A stretch of DNA of 64,000 nt. Source: Schmidtea polychroa (lineage: Eukaryota). How positions within the stretch are numbered: the stretch's first letter is position 1; each line of letters starts with the position of its first letter. The DNA lies in the NCBI GenBank assembly GCA_044892525.1, contig CM097885.1:74772001-74836000 (forward strand), in the 5' to 3' direction. Below are positions 25,001-36,801 of the stretch, piece by piece. Position numbers and translations under genes: made by a program. The notes beneath the pieces are model-generated. The model saw only the letters and a list, made by a program, of their open reading frames with translations. It ran no database searches and was not told the DNA's origin.

Positions 25001-27354
25001 TATTTATAATTTGAGTAATATGACTATATATTTCATTGTCATTATCAAGTACAATAGGAAAAGCTAAATACCTTAAAAATGAAATTGTAAAACTATTATT
25101 ATTTTAATTTGAAAGATTAATTATTTTTCAAATTTTTTTAAATTAAAACATGCCTATGCTTATCATGGAGCCCTTTTTGAGCACGCTTTCATTGGTAAAT
25201 CTCTTCGGCCAAAAGTATTCAAACTCCTGTACTCCAGTATTTCAACACTGACAAACAAAGACATTGACCGATAATACTGAATGCAATAAGGATCGAATGA
25301 ATAACAGACATTGTGTTGTTAATGAAGTCATTGGCTCCGAAAATTAATATTGAGTTGAGTAGTTAAGTCAGTGGTTCTCAACCCGTGTTCCGCGAAAAAA
25401 ATGACATTTTATCTTTAAATATGCATTTAAGATACATATCATCAAAAACCTCAATTAATTTTTTTATAAGATGATTCAATAAGAAAGCCGTTACACAGAT
25501 ATATAAACATACAAATATAAAAGTGTTTTTATTGCTTGTTATTGTTGCGCGTGGTATTTTCTTTGCTTATAAGAAGGCATTGTTTACGTTTACGACAGAT
25601 TTATAGTAATTTGTGATTGGTCACTCATTGTGGTCAAGTATTATTTTGTCAGTTTTCCGCGTAAAAAAATCATGTGAATGGTGTTCCGCGCTTTTATATT
25701 AATTGTGAACCACTGAGTTAAGTGGTGGCCGGACAAAATGTTGCTGAACAAAATGTCATGGTATAAATGTTGTAGATAAAATGAGCTGATAAATTCACCC
25801 TGTTTAGAAATATTTATAGATTCATACATATTTATCTGAATATCTTAGGATATATTGGCGATATCTTATGGAGGGAGGCAAGCGAAGCAGATTGAAGGAC
25901 AAGGTGAATAATAATAATATACCATTGCGACATGTTTAGTGTGACCAATATCCATAAGGGACAAAATATCTTGTTGGATAAACTCTGAGTATATATAATA
26001 TTAATAATATTATGTTACATTTTGACCGTGACATTTTGTCCTGGTACCGGTTAAGTTGATATGTTAAATTATTTTGGTTAATTACTTAAAAATAATTATT
26101 AATATTTTTATAACTTGTTTACTAAATCTATAATATCTATAGTTTTCTTTATACTACATGATAATGACAGTGAGACTGTCGAAATATATCTTAAAATTGA
26201 TATTTGAGTAGTGCTTTCTAATAATTAAAACATGTTTAATGTAATATACTTATTATAATAAGTAGCTAATCCCTGTTTTTTAAAATTTTCCCCGAAATAC
26301 AGGTATTGCACTTGGTAATTAATATTTGATTATTCAAGATCAATAGAGATTTAAAGACTAGAGTTGATTAATATTGTTGATTTATTGCTGTGCTTGACAT
26401 AATATGAAGTCTTTAAAGATACTCGTTTCTATTATGATTTCGAATTGCACATGTCTCACATCTCACACAGGGATTGGGGTTATACATTGTAAATCTATGG
26501 TCATAGAGATCTTTATATGTTCATCAAATAAAATCTTCATGGTGGAATAACTGAATGGAAATAAGGAAAGTTTCAGATAAGTTTGTTGATCAGGACCATT
26601 ATTCTCAATCCTCTTATATAATAATTCCTTTTTTGTGTCAATATTTGTGGGACAATTATATTATTTTATCCTACTTAGTATTATAAGTAATCAACATTAT
26701 TTCATTTCCTTGAACAAACCTATCTCTAGCTTATAAATAGCCTAATTGAGGTAAGTGTTCAACTTTTATTTTCGAAATTTGTCTTCTGAAAAATCTTCAC
26801 TAGTAAATTTTAAAATGAAATGCTTATGTGAAAGGCATTTATGTTTGTAAGACTTTATATCAAAACAATATATAAGGTACAATATAAAGACTGCCGAAAT
26901 ATCGTTATATGATGTTTTGATCAGTGTCTTAGAAACATTAATATGAAAAGTATTGAATTTAAATCTAAGTCTTTCCTCATTTATAGTAGAGATCAATGTT
27001 TAATCCATTGTGCACTTATGGTCAATAAATAATAATAAAAAGATTGTAATTGTGCTGAATGTTTCTTAATTTTTATATATTATTTTGAGTACGCTTGGAG
27101 TCACATCGATAATTGTTCGTTTCCTTATTCGTCGGTTAATGAACATCTGATAAACGTGAACTTCTTAGGTATATATTAAGACCTTAGTCAGATTGGAAGT
27201 TCTATTTTGTGCATAGTATAAGTATTGATTTGCTATGCTTTTTGATTACCGTGTTATAAAAATAAGAAATCTAATGTTACTTTATAATTTTTTCTTTTGT
27301 TTGATTTATTGAATTTTCAGCTTTCAAAAATTGTTTCTCGGGATCAAAATCTAA
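13655..27354 (+). CDS. RILPL1: RILP-like protein (RH1 + coiled coil + RH2), 7-exon model, ~321 aa
   Basis: Exons 13655-13906, 16525-16669, 17910-18028, 18473-18625, 24137-24306, 24358-24450 and 27321-27354 join in phase via GT-AG introns (966 nt). Peptides resemble RILPL1: VYEIAYELENDL...ITPLIHKIVNVLEELE (RH1), KLKETMDKQVEEIK, LIEEKVNIEAQI, FSWEEVHEYLQDCRRLKSEV (RH2), VQGPINKEP, SGIRQYFQKLF. Extra exons are possible, and the last exon lies beyond a gap. Confidence 0.85.
15669..16460 (-). mobile_element. Internally deleted hAT (Ac-like) element in RILPL intron 1
   Basis: TIRs TAGTGATGTACC / GGTACATCCCTA; degenerate TSD TATTTAAC / ATTTTAAC; RWNMNMHRFPSLPNLARRCLASPSTSVPLESF (hAT dimerisation domain). 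Confidence 0.8.
16525..16669 (+). CDS. RILPL1: RILP-like exon 2
   Basis: TTGTAG acceptor; DLEKLEESWHVESLELMKTMEKLQEENSNMK resembles ELELVEDVWRGEAQDLLSQIAQLQEENKQL; GTTAGT donor, phase 1. Confidence 0.85.
16683..16750. repeat. (AAT)n microsatellite
   Basis: Near-perfect trinucleotide run just after the exon 2 donor. Confidence 0.95.
17910..18028 (+). CDS. RILPL1: RILP-like exon 3
   Basis: ATTCAG acceptor; (S)QQLEIKNVHLKLKETMDKQVEEIKVLKREIAQRCIDFDA; GTAATA donor. Confidence 0.85.
18473..18625 (+). CDS. RILPL1: RILP-like exon 4
   Basis: ATTCAG acceptor; MQQQCLNLSNINAEI...LIEEKVNIEAQILINKK; GTATGA donor. Confidence 0.85.
18800..19017. repeat. ~218-bp near-perfect inverted repeat (foldback/MITE-like)
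   Basis: Arms of ~100 bp: TGAATTTATTAAAAAGAGAGCTTGAAAACTATAAATCAGT... pairs with ...ACTGATTTATAGTTTTCAAGCTCTCTTTTTAATAAATTCA. Few mismatches and a short loop. Confidence 0.95.
20170..21090 (-). mobile_element. Degenerate mariner transposon
   Basis: TA followed by TIR TTAGGTTGTTCGGAAAGTAAT; FHQDNSRPH...HPPYFINLAPSD (DD34D region). Other end truncated. Confidence 0.9.
22020..23061 (-). mobile_element. Second degenerate mariner transposon
   Basis: TIR ...GGATTACTTTTTCCTAGACCTAA followed by TA; SGRVIVENVDKILEMV, KKKLGVWVPHELT (WVPHEL motif), FHQDNARPQ, DLNPSDYHLF. Confidence 0.9.
24137..24450 (+). CDS. RILPL1: RILP-like exons 5-6 (RH2 domain) separated by a short in-frame intron
   Basis: TTTCAG acceptor; INFSWEEVHEYLQDCRRLKSEVNEKEGQLLIYR, then IEDDEVQGPINKEP...SGIRQ; GTATGT donor at 24451. 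Confidence 0.85.
24539..24690. other. Assembly gap (N run)
   Basis: Run of N. Confidence 1.
25369..25715. mobile_element. hAT (Charlie/Buster-type) MITE
   Basis: TIRs CAGTGGTTCTCAA / GTGAACCACTG; perfect 8-bp TSD AGTTAAGT. Confidence 0.9.
25724..26048. mobile_element. MULE-like MITE
   Basis: TIRs GGTGGCCGGACAAAATGT / ACATTTTGTCCTGGTACC with repeated CAAAATGT subunits; flanks AGTTAAGT / GGTTAAGT. Confidence 0.7.
27321..27354 (+). CDS. RILPL1: Candidate terminal RILP-like exon
   Basis: TTTTCAG acceptor; a phase-2 join gives SGIRQ-YFQKLFLGIKI*, resembling the SGI(K/R)xxFxF C-terminus of RILP-like proteins. Confidence 0.55.
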
Positions 27355-27787
27355 TGTCTAAGGTTGGGTAAACTTCATTTGTCTTATTTTATTGACAATT
27401 TTTTTTATTTAAGTATCCGTATTTTGATTATTGAGTTTTAGATTGTATCGTCTTTACTTCCAGCAATTTAATTATTGATTATTTGATATTATCTGACTGT
27501 GTTCTACTATTACAATTATTATTACAATTATTAATATTTTGTTGCTTTTATTGTTATGTGATTTTTTTCCCTTGTAAGACTTATGTTAAAACATTTGTGA
27601 ACTTCGTAATTTCTCTGCTTTAATACAATTTAGTAAATCTTTCGTCTATCCTTGCAGATATATGTAAAATTGTTGAACTGAAAGCATTGTCTAGTTCATT
27701 TATAAGTATATTTTTATTTCGAAAATTACATTTTAAATTTTTATTTCTCATGTTCAATGAAGATAGTTATATTAATATGCTTTAATC

Positions 27788-28990
27788 CAGGGCTGTCCAA
27801 TTGGCGGCCCGCGAGTACATTTACTTTGAATAAATTTATGTTACTAAATTATTATTAATATTAAAATTATTTTACTATGTGAAAATTTAAATCTAATTTC
27901 AATTTAAAGTAGGTACTATTTAGTTTGCTTAACTTCACTTAACCTGGCTGAATACAGCAGCAATCCGTTTAACGTCTGATGTTGTTGGTGTCACATATTA
28001 TATTTGTGGTTGTTTGTTGTTTATTTATGGTTGGCGCACGTGATGCGCACACTACCCTGCGCTATTTGGTTGATTCATGCAATCGTGCGAGAGCAGTCTT
28101 GTCTAGAATTGGTTGGTGGGGGACTGTGTTATAATACTACACCTAAATCCAAAATATAAAAGTTTCGATAATACACGCAGGATTTTTATGACATGAGTGT
28201 TACTAATAAAAGAAAAATAGACCTCGAAAATCGGGAATTTCAAGATCGCTGGGAGATAGATTATTTATTTATTCTGAACAAGAATGGTAAACCACAGTGT
28301 TTGGAATGTTTACAAATCATAGTTGTGTTTAAAGAATATAACTTGAAGTGCCATTATCTTTCCATGCATGAAAAAAAAGTAGCATTCCTACACGCGAAAC
28401 ATGAAAATACCACTAGTGAAAAAAAATAAAAAAAGCACCTGGATCATAAAACGAAATATTTTAATCAAGAACTAAAATTTCAAGAAGCATCTGTAGATGC
28501 ATCGTTTGAAGTTTGTTTAGAAATAGTAAAGGCAAAGAAGCCATTTTTGGATGGAAAATTTATTAAAAAATGTGCCATAAAAATAAATGACAACGACTTT
28601 ATCACCTGTCTGTAAATGACATTAGCATCCATGTCACCAATAAATTAGAAAACCTAATCAATAGTTGTTATTGTTCGGTAGCATTGGATGAAAGCACAAG
28701 CATTTCTGATACAAGTCAAATGCTTATATTTATAAGAACTGTAAATGAAAATTATAATTATTCAGAAGAACTTCTAAATTTATAATCATTTCACGAAACA
28801 ACATAAGGTGAAGATATTTACAAACAATTAAAATGTGCAGTAGAGCAGTATGGCGGATTTGACAAGTGCACTGCTATTGTAACCGACGGTGCTAGAGCTA
28901 TGACCAGCAAAAATATTGGGCTCGCGTGACTTTTGCAAAAAAGAAGGAATCTCAATGAAATTATTTAAAAAATCTATCTTTTTCTTCTGT
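27788..28990 (+). mobile_element. hAT (GTF2IRD2/SPIN-like) transposon, 5' part
   Basis: TIR CAGGGCTGTCCAA...GCGGCCCGCG; MSVTNKRKIDLENREFQDRWEIDYLF...KPQCLEC...KEYNLKCHY; ALDEST, SEELL, VTDGARAM motifs with stops. Confidence 0.9.
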
Positions 28991-29008
28991 ATCAAAAACT
29001 ATCCTGAC

Positions 29009-32000
29009 TGTAGGAACAGTGTAATATAACGTAATATAATTTTATAAAAATGTTGTAAAATAGTATTTCAAAAAAGTGTTTAGTCTTACAAGCTATCCGG
29101 GCAATGGAAATCAACAAGATTATAATTGAAAATGTTGGAAATTTTGATTGCAAAAATACAGATGTGGAAGAATGGTTCGACAAACTCGAAATTATTTTTG
29201 AAGCCAAGAATGTGAAAAATGTCATGAATGTAATGCCATTTTTACTTGAAGAGCAATCGTATGCAGTTTTCAAATAGTTAAAGAAAAACAACACGACAAT
29301 CAATTTTGGTATGCTGAAGAAGGAATTATTGAAAACCTTCTGTATAAGCGAGCAAGAAGCCTTTACGAAACTTTTACAGAAAAAGTTATTAATGGGTGAT
29401 AACTTGGATGTTCATGTAAATGAATTAAGGTCACTGTTGGAATGTTCAGGTGATCTACTAACTCGATTTTTTGTAAATAGCTTACCAATTGATTTGTCAA
29501 ATCAACTAAAGATGTCAACAATGAATGAGTTAGTCGCTTAAGCAAAGAAAATCACAAGTCATTAATTTTATGACAATGAAACGGTTGCAGTAGTAATACC
29601 AAGATCAGATAGTGGAAGACAAGCCAATCGAAAATGCTATATATGCAATATTGCTAATCATTTGGTAAGATACTGTCCAGAAAGACGCAACATCAGATGT
29701 GCAAAATGCGGTATTATGGGACATATTTCAAGGTTTTACAAGTCGGGAAAAGATCAATGGGCTACACAATGTGGAGTTGGGTGTGGCCCCAAGAATTGTG
29801 AATATGTGAGACTCCTAGAAGTAAATGATGATGTAAAAGCATGTTTAGTTGATTCGGGCAGCACTACCACTATAGTATAAGGAAATCCATGAAAATCTAT
29901 GAATGCGGTAGCGATGCTTGATGGTTCAATCATATATGCTGAGAGAAGTAAAGTTGATATATTGGTTGGAGATAAGTTATTTAATATTAATTGTTTAATA
30001 TACCCGAAATTAGTATCCAATTATGATGTAATTTTAGGAGTGAATGCTGTTAATAGGTTTGGTGGAGTTCGATTGAATAAAGAAGCCATATTCGGTTGCG
30101 AAGAAGCATATTGTCATGTAGCGTGCTCTAGTAGTAGTATGTCAGAAATATTGAAGGAAAATTTCTCTGCGAGATTTGAAAACGAGAAATGGATTGTCAA
30201 ATGGGATTGAAAGCCAGAGCTACCGAAATTTCTACCTAATAGAAATTCAAACTTTTATGATAATTGTAGTAAAGATCAGGAGACGATGCGTATCTTGAAT
30301 TCTTGGATATCTAACAGCTATATAGTTAATTACGACGAGAAAAAATGGGCAAACCGATCGGATCAGTACCAATTTGTGGTATAATTCAGTTAAATAAAGC
30401 GAAAGTGCGTCCAGTATTTGACTTTAGGAGTATCAATAAATATATTGATGTATATAGTGGGAATGCAGATATCTGTTCTGAAAAATTACGATCATGGAAA
30501 TTATTTTGGAAGCCAAGAATGTGAAAAATGTCATGAATGTAATGCCATTTTTACTTGAAGAGCAATCGTATGCAGTTTTCAAATAGTTAAAGAAAAACAA
30601 CACGACAATCGATTTTGGTATGCTGAAGAAGGAATTATTGAAAACCTTCTGTATAAGCGAGCAAGAAGCCTTTACGAAACTTTTACAGAAAAAGTTATTA
30701 ATGGGTGATAACTTGGATGTTCATGTAAATGAATTAAGGTCACTGTTGGAACGTTCAGGTGATCTACTAACTCGATTTTTTGTAAATAGCTTACCAATTG
30801 ATTTGTCAAATCAACTAAAGATGTCAACAATGAATGAGTTAGTCGCTTAAGCAAAGAAAATCACAAGTCATTAATTTTATGACAATGAAACGGTTGCAGT
30901 AGTAATACCAAGATCAGATAGTGGAAGACAAGCCAATCGAAAATGCTATATATGCAATATTGCTAATCATTTGGTAAGATACTGTCCAGAAAGACGCAAC
31001 ATCAGATGTGCAAAATGCGGTATTATGGGACATATTTCAAGGTTTTACAAGTCGGGAAAAGATCAATGGGCTACACAATGTGGAGTTGGGTGTGGCCCCA
31101 AGAATTGTGAATATGTGAGACTCCTAGAAGTAAATGATGATGTAAAAGCATGTTTAGTTGATTCGGGCAGCACTACCACTATAGTATAAGGAAATCCATG
31201 AAAATCTATGAATGCGGTAGCGATGCTTGATGGTTCAATCATATATGCTGAGAGAAGTAAAGTTGATATATTGGTTGGAGATAAGTTATTTAATATTAAT
31301 TGTTTAATATACCCGAAATTAGTATCCAATTATGATGTAATTTTAGGAGTGAATGCTGTTAATAGGTTTGGTGGAGTTCGATTGAATAAAGAAGCCATAT
31401 TCGGTTGCGAAGAAGCATATTGTCATGTAGCGTGCTCTAGTAGTAGTATGTCAGAAATATTGAAGGAAAATTTCTCTGCGAGATTTGAAAACGAGAAATG
31501 GATTGTCAAATGGGATTGAAAGCCAGAGCTACCGAAATTTCTACCTAATAGAAATTCAAACTTTTATGATAATTGTAGTAAAGATCAGGAGACGATGCGT
31601 ATCTTGAATTCTTGGATATCTAACAGCTATATAGTTAATTACGACGAGAAAAAATGGGCAAACCGATCGGATCAGTACCAATTTGTGGTATAATTCAGTT
31701 AAATAAAGCGAAAGTGCGTCCAGTATTTGACTTTAGGAGTATCAATAAATATATTGATGTATATAGTGGGAATGCAGATATCTGTTCTGAAAAATTACGA
31801 TCATGGAAATTATTTTGGAAGCCAAGAATGTGAAAAATGTCATGAATGTAATGCCATTTTTACTTGAAGGGCAATCGTATGCAGGGCTTCAAACAGTTAA
31901 AGAAAAGCAACACGATAATGGATTTCGGAATGCTGAAGAAGGAATTATTGAAAACCTTCGGTATAAGTGAGCAAGAAGCCTTTACGAAACTGTTACAGAA

Positions 32001-32230
32001 AGAGTTATTAATCGGTGATAACTTGGATGTTCATGTAAATGAATTAAGGTCACTGTTGGAATGTTCAGGTGATCTACTAACCCGATTTTTTGTAAATAGC
32101 TTACCAAGTCATTTGTCAAATCAACTAAAGATGTCAACAGCGTCAACAGTGAATGTGTTAGTCGCTCAAGCAAAGAAAATCACAAGTCATCAATTTTATG
32201 ACAATGAAACGGTTGCAGTAGTAGTGGAAG
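29009..32230 (+). mobile_element. Gypsy-like gag-protease-RT start, tandemly repeated (1309-bp unit x2 plus a diverged partial third copy)
   Basis: Gag starts at ATG 29104 (DVEEWFDKLE). CCHC knuckles (CYIC...HLVRYC, CAKCGIMGH), protease LVDSG, RT start KVRPVFDFR. Units begin at 29188, 30497 and 31806. A possible short LTR remnant TGTAGG...CTTACA lies at 29009-29089. Confidence 0.9.
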
Positions 32231-32344
32231 ACAAGTTAGTCGAAAATGCTATATATACAATAGTGATACAGTTTGGAGATGATTATTATTAGTTAATTTG
32301 TTTAGATATTGCATATTTTATGTCATATTATTGATTATCCAGAT

Positions 32345-32388
32345 TGCGGCCTGACGAAGATTGTTGTACAATTGAAATATATCGCGTT
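32345..32388 (+). ncRNA. Minimal type I hammerhead ribozyme (Penelope-type), slightly degenerate
   Basis: CTGACGA(A) - stem II GATTGT/ACAATT with a 3-nt loop - GAAA - palindromic TATA stem III - TC cleavage triplet. Stem I is weak. Confidence 0.7.
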
Positions 32389-32429
32389 TATGTTGAATTT
32401 ATTGAGTTGGCGTTTCTGTATTATTAAAT

Positions 32430-32584
32430 NNNNNNNNNNNNNNNNNNNNNNNNNNNNNNNNNNNNNNNNNNNNNNNNNNNNNNNNNNNNNNNNNNNNNNN
32501 NNNNNNNNNNNNNNNNNNNNNNNNNNNNNNNNNNNNNNNNNNNNNNNNNNNNNNNNNNNNNNNNNNNNNNNNNNNNNNNNNNNN
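32430..32584. other. Assembly gap (N run)
   Basis: Run of N. Confidence 1.
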
Positions 32585-32749
32585 ATTTCATTTCAACAAA
32601 TCAAATGACTGTAATAATATGCAATCATTATGCATTCATTTCACAATATTCAATCAAATTAAATCATTTAATATATATAATCAAATTCTATGTTTCATTC
32701 ATAATAAATAAACTTTTAAAATAAATTATATAATCTTGATTTTCAACAA

Positions 32750-33047
32750 ATGTTTTATGGTAGTAATGATAAAACTGTTGAATGTCTGAACAGTCTAGTA
32801 CTGGAAGCTGAGAATCATTGTAACATTGATTTTTCTCCAGTTTTAGCTCCAAGAACTGACAACGAAAAAGAAAAAGCATTCAAGATTGTGTCCAATTCTT
32901 TATTTGAAGACGGTATTCATTGTGGTACAGTAATCGTACATTTTATGTATATTCGAAAATTTTTACATCGTGCCGGAATTAACATAAATATTTAAATTAG
33001 TCAGCAGAAGAAAAATTTATCCTTAGATAAAACAAAACGGAGAGTGG
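32750..33047 (+). pseudogene. Intronless Bcl-2-family pseudogene (BH3-like, BH1, BH2)
   Basis: ECLNSLVLEAE...TDNEKEKAFKIVSNSLFEDGIHCGTVIVHFMY aligns by eye to Bax ECLKRIGDELD...TDSPREVFFRVAADMFSDGNFNWGRVVALFYF. In the +1 frame, IFKLVSRRKIYP*IKQNGEW matches BH2 (WIxxxGGW) with TGG>TAG. Confidence 0.75.
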
Positions 33048-36000
33048 TAACATTTAACGAAATTACACAAAAGTTATTAAATATATAAGAATATTAAGAT
33101 TAGTTAAACATTTGTTACCAACTAACGAAATTGTTTAGTTACAAATTAAAATAAAATAAACATATCAAAAAATATTCTATTTTATCACTATGTATATTTA
33201 TTTAGTTACCTTCTAGTGATAATTGTCTAGTAATTTATCATTAATTCAAATTTAATTTTAAAAATCAATTAAAATTTTATAATCTACGAAGATTTTATTT
33301 TCTTTTCTATGTATACTAACTTATTTTCAGAAGAGTAAGAAAGCCATAATTAAAAGAAATTTTATTTTTGAGGAAGTGGAAATTATTTCGATTGCAATAA
33401 TAAAGGACACGCAGAGTTAGAAACTAACTAACTTTGTTAAATAATAACTCAAAAATAATATAGTTGATATCGTCTGGATCATCCCCGCCAGCATTACTAG
33501 GCTTATTCCTAACCTGATTACTATTATCATTAATGCTATTATTATCTCAATTTCTAGAATATTATGTTAACAACAAAAGAAATTAACTATAGCCGAATGC
33601 ACTTAAAGGGAAAATTATTGCAATAAATAATAAAATATTTTAGAATTAAAGATTTCTCTATATTAAAACGGTCTGGAGAAAATTAGTTTGACGAGCTTTC
33701 GAGTTATAATGAGTGTTATTAAATTTCAAATCTGTCATGAATTTGTTTATTATTATCATTATAGTTAATCATAATGAAATAATATCAACACAATATTTAT
33801 GCTTTCAGCCATCTTACCATCATCAGTACACTTTTTGTCATCAATTTTCCGGTGTCATCGTAGTGGCGATAAAAATTTGTATTTGGTTATAAAATGGGAA
33901 ATTTGGAACATCCTAACTCTTAAGTATCGTCACTAGTGTTATTTGACTATTATACTGAAATTGTAACATCACCTTTATAAAACCATAAAAATTGCCTGAA
34001 GTGCAACATACATTATTATATATTGAAACCAAATGACTGTTTAATGCAGGGGTAGCCAACTTGTTTTAACTTTCGATCGACTTTGGCATTATAAAATAAA
34101 TACTGATCTACCAAGTAAAAAAAGAACGAGTAAATAAATAGAGTTATAAAATAAAACAATTGATTTACAGAAAGAACTTAAAATGTTTTTATTAAATACT
34201 TTTGTTTGACAAATTAAGAAATTTTAATTAAAAACAGTATTAAATTAATATACAAAGTAAAAACATTAATAATAAAGTGTTCAATAATAATAAAGTGAAC
34301 ATAAATTGAAAAACTATTATTTTGATGTTTTACTTGTGTAATCATACCCTCTACCAATTTTTCAAATTCAGAAATGTAATTTGACAATGACAGTCTTAAT
34401 GAATCTGCTGTGTGCAAGTCTGTAAGTAAGGTGACCAACTATTTTTTTTTCAAAAAGAGTACACTTTGCAAGTATTTCATAGGTGAAAAAAAGAAGAAAA
34501 AACGATAAAAACTTTATTATCTTTTAAAAACATATTTTTCTTCGGAATGGATTTTTTTTGCTAAATGAGGATGTTCGTCTAATAATGTAGCTACATCCGA
34601 ACAACTTTCATTTTGCATATTAAATTTGACCGTTAAGACGGCAGATAATGTTTTTACAGAAAGTTGCGACTTCTCATTCCCTAGTGAAATTACCCTTTCA
34701 ACAGCAGCATTAGTACCTTGGCAACATAAGGAAATTTCTATTAAAACTTTTAAATTTTCATGTGGGATATGTTCTACTCTAAAATGCCGAAAGATTTCTA
34801 CCCATTTTTTGTCAAGTTCTATTTTCCCATCGTTTCATTTCTTCAATTTTTCTTCATTTAAATATAAATTTACTCTTCGAATTTCTCCAAAGAGAAAATT
34901 GTCATTAATAACAATATCTTTTACTTCCTTCATTACAAATTCGACTGCTGAAGAAACTTCTTTCCATTCAATTTTACTATTTAGAAGGGTCCATTTGAAA
35001 CAATTTAATGCTCTAAAGTTCGCTATCCATTCTTCGATATATTCATAGCAAATTTTATAAAAATTTTTAACTTCATTAAAAAATTCATTTTTTATTCCGG
35101 GATGGAAATCTTCCAAAACGGTCAGTTTATTCTTTAGAATTAGTAGTAAAAATCCATCATTAAATCTTGATTTACATTGCAGTATGAAATCGTTTAATAT
35201 AATACAAACTTCTGCTGCTGAAATTTTATTTCCTTCAATTTGTAAAGTAATTTTATGAAACAACGACGCCTGACTGTGAATAAAATAAAGCATAGGTTCT
35301 GACATATCGTTTTGAAAGAATTTCTTTAAAACGGTAGGACATTTGTCAAGGCTTAAAAAATATGAACGTAGTGGATCATATAACTGCAAAACGCGTTCTA
35401 ATGCTGGAGTTAAAGCAAGCCATCTGACTTTGGAATAACCAAGCAGTTTTTTGTATTGAACACCAGCTTCTTTACAAAATTCTTTCAAACTTGCTATCCG
35501 TACTGTAAACCGATTGAAATATAAATATATATTTGTAATAATTACTTACACATCTATTGACATTGAACTTGATGCTGTATTGATGGCATTTGATATAATG
35601 TGAGTATTACAACCATTTCCCAAAATATTTCGTTTCAGAAGATCTTGTAATTTTGTGTACACATTATTGACACCTTTACGGGTGCGTCCTCCAAAATTAG
35701 TATTTGTGTTATCAGCCGAGAGCGCTAAAATTTTCTTTTTCAAATTGTTGACTGTTATAACTCGAAATAAGTGATTAGACAAAATGTCTGATGTTTCCCC
35801 TTCCATTGATTCCAAATTTAAAATCTTAATTTGAATACCGTTTTTAATATCGAAATACCTTACTAAAATTGGATAAAGTTTTATTTCAGTGTGATTTGAT
35901 GCGTCGAATAGAATAGATATATATGATACAGAATCAAGATTTTCTGATAGCATTTTCTTGCAGTATTCATTAAATACGCTGGTTACAATAGACTCACATT

Positions 36001-36801
36001 TTGTTCGTGGACAAGAAAATTTTTCGTCACAAAATTTTTTTTAATGATTTTGTAGTACAGTCTATGCGGCCAAAACTTTCATTATGGATTATTGTGTGTG
36101 AGGTATTTTCAGCTCAGAGTTAAATATTTCAATGATTTATCAAAATAATTTTAAATTGTAAATAATTGACTATTAAAATAATTTTTAAATTGGATTTTTT
36201 AAGTTGAAATTTTTGAATTAAAAATTAAAATAGATTTTTAAAAAAGAAGTTTTATCAATGAAAAATTTTTAAATAAATATGTTTTAAATATTGAAATATT
36301 TTGATAAATGGTTTTGAAAATATTTTATTCAACGCTGAAAATTTGTTTAAAATTATACAATATGTCATATAATAAATACTTGGAATTATGTCGTTAACTT
36401 TTGAACCGGATTTAAAAAATAATTTAGAAGATGTTTTAGCAGCTTCTAATAGTGTGAAAAGCGAAAGTACCCTCCATAACTGCCAATTTGTTTTCATTAG
36501 TTCCAAAAGTATTCCCTTTAAAAAATGTTGTCAGTTTGGATGTTGACGCCGCAGTGTCATTAGACGTTTTATATACTTTAGTTTCAATGTGTGCCGTTAT
36601 TGCACTACGTCCATGAATTGCAATTGAAAATTCCCTATTGCAGATTGTGCATTTAACCAAGGAGTCATCATTTCCATTTTTAACTACAATGAACGGAAAC
36701 TGTTTTTTTAAATTTTCGTTTAAACGATTTTTTCTTCTTTTGTTATCGCTCATATTTGAATTAATAATCTAAAAATTATATTATAAAATAATTAGTAATA
36801 T

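Noticed and set aside
33795-33830. Second hammerhead-like CTGATGA...GAAA on the minus strand
   Set aside because: Stem II is weak, and there is no palindromic stem III or pairing stem I.
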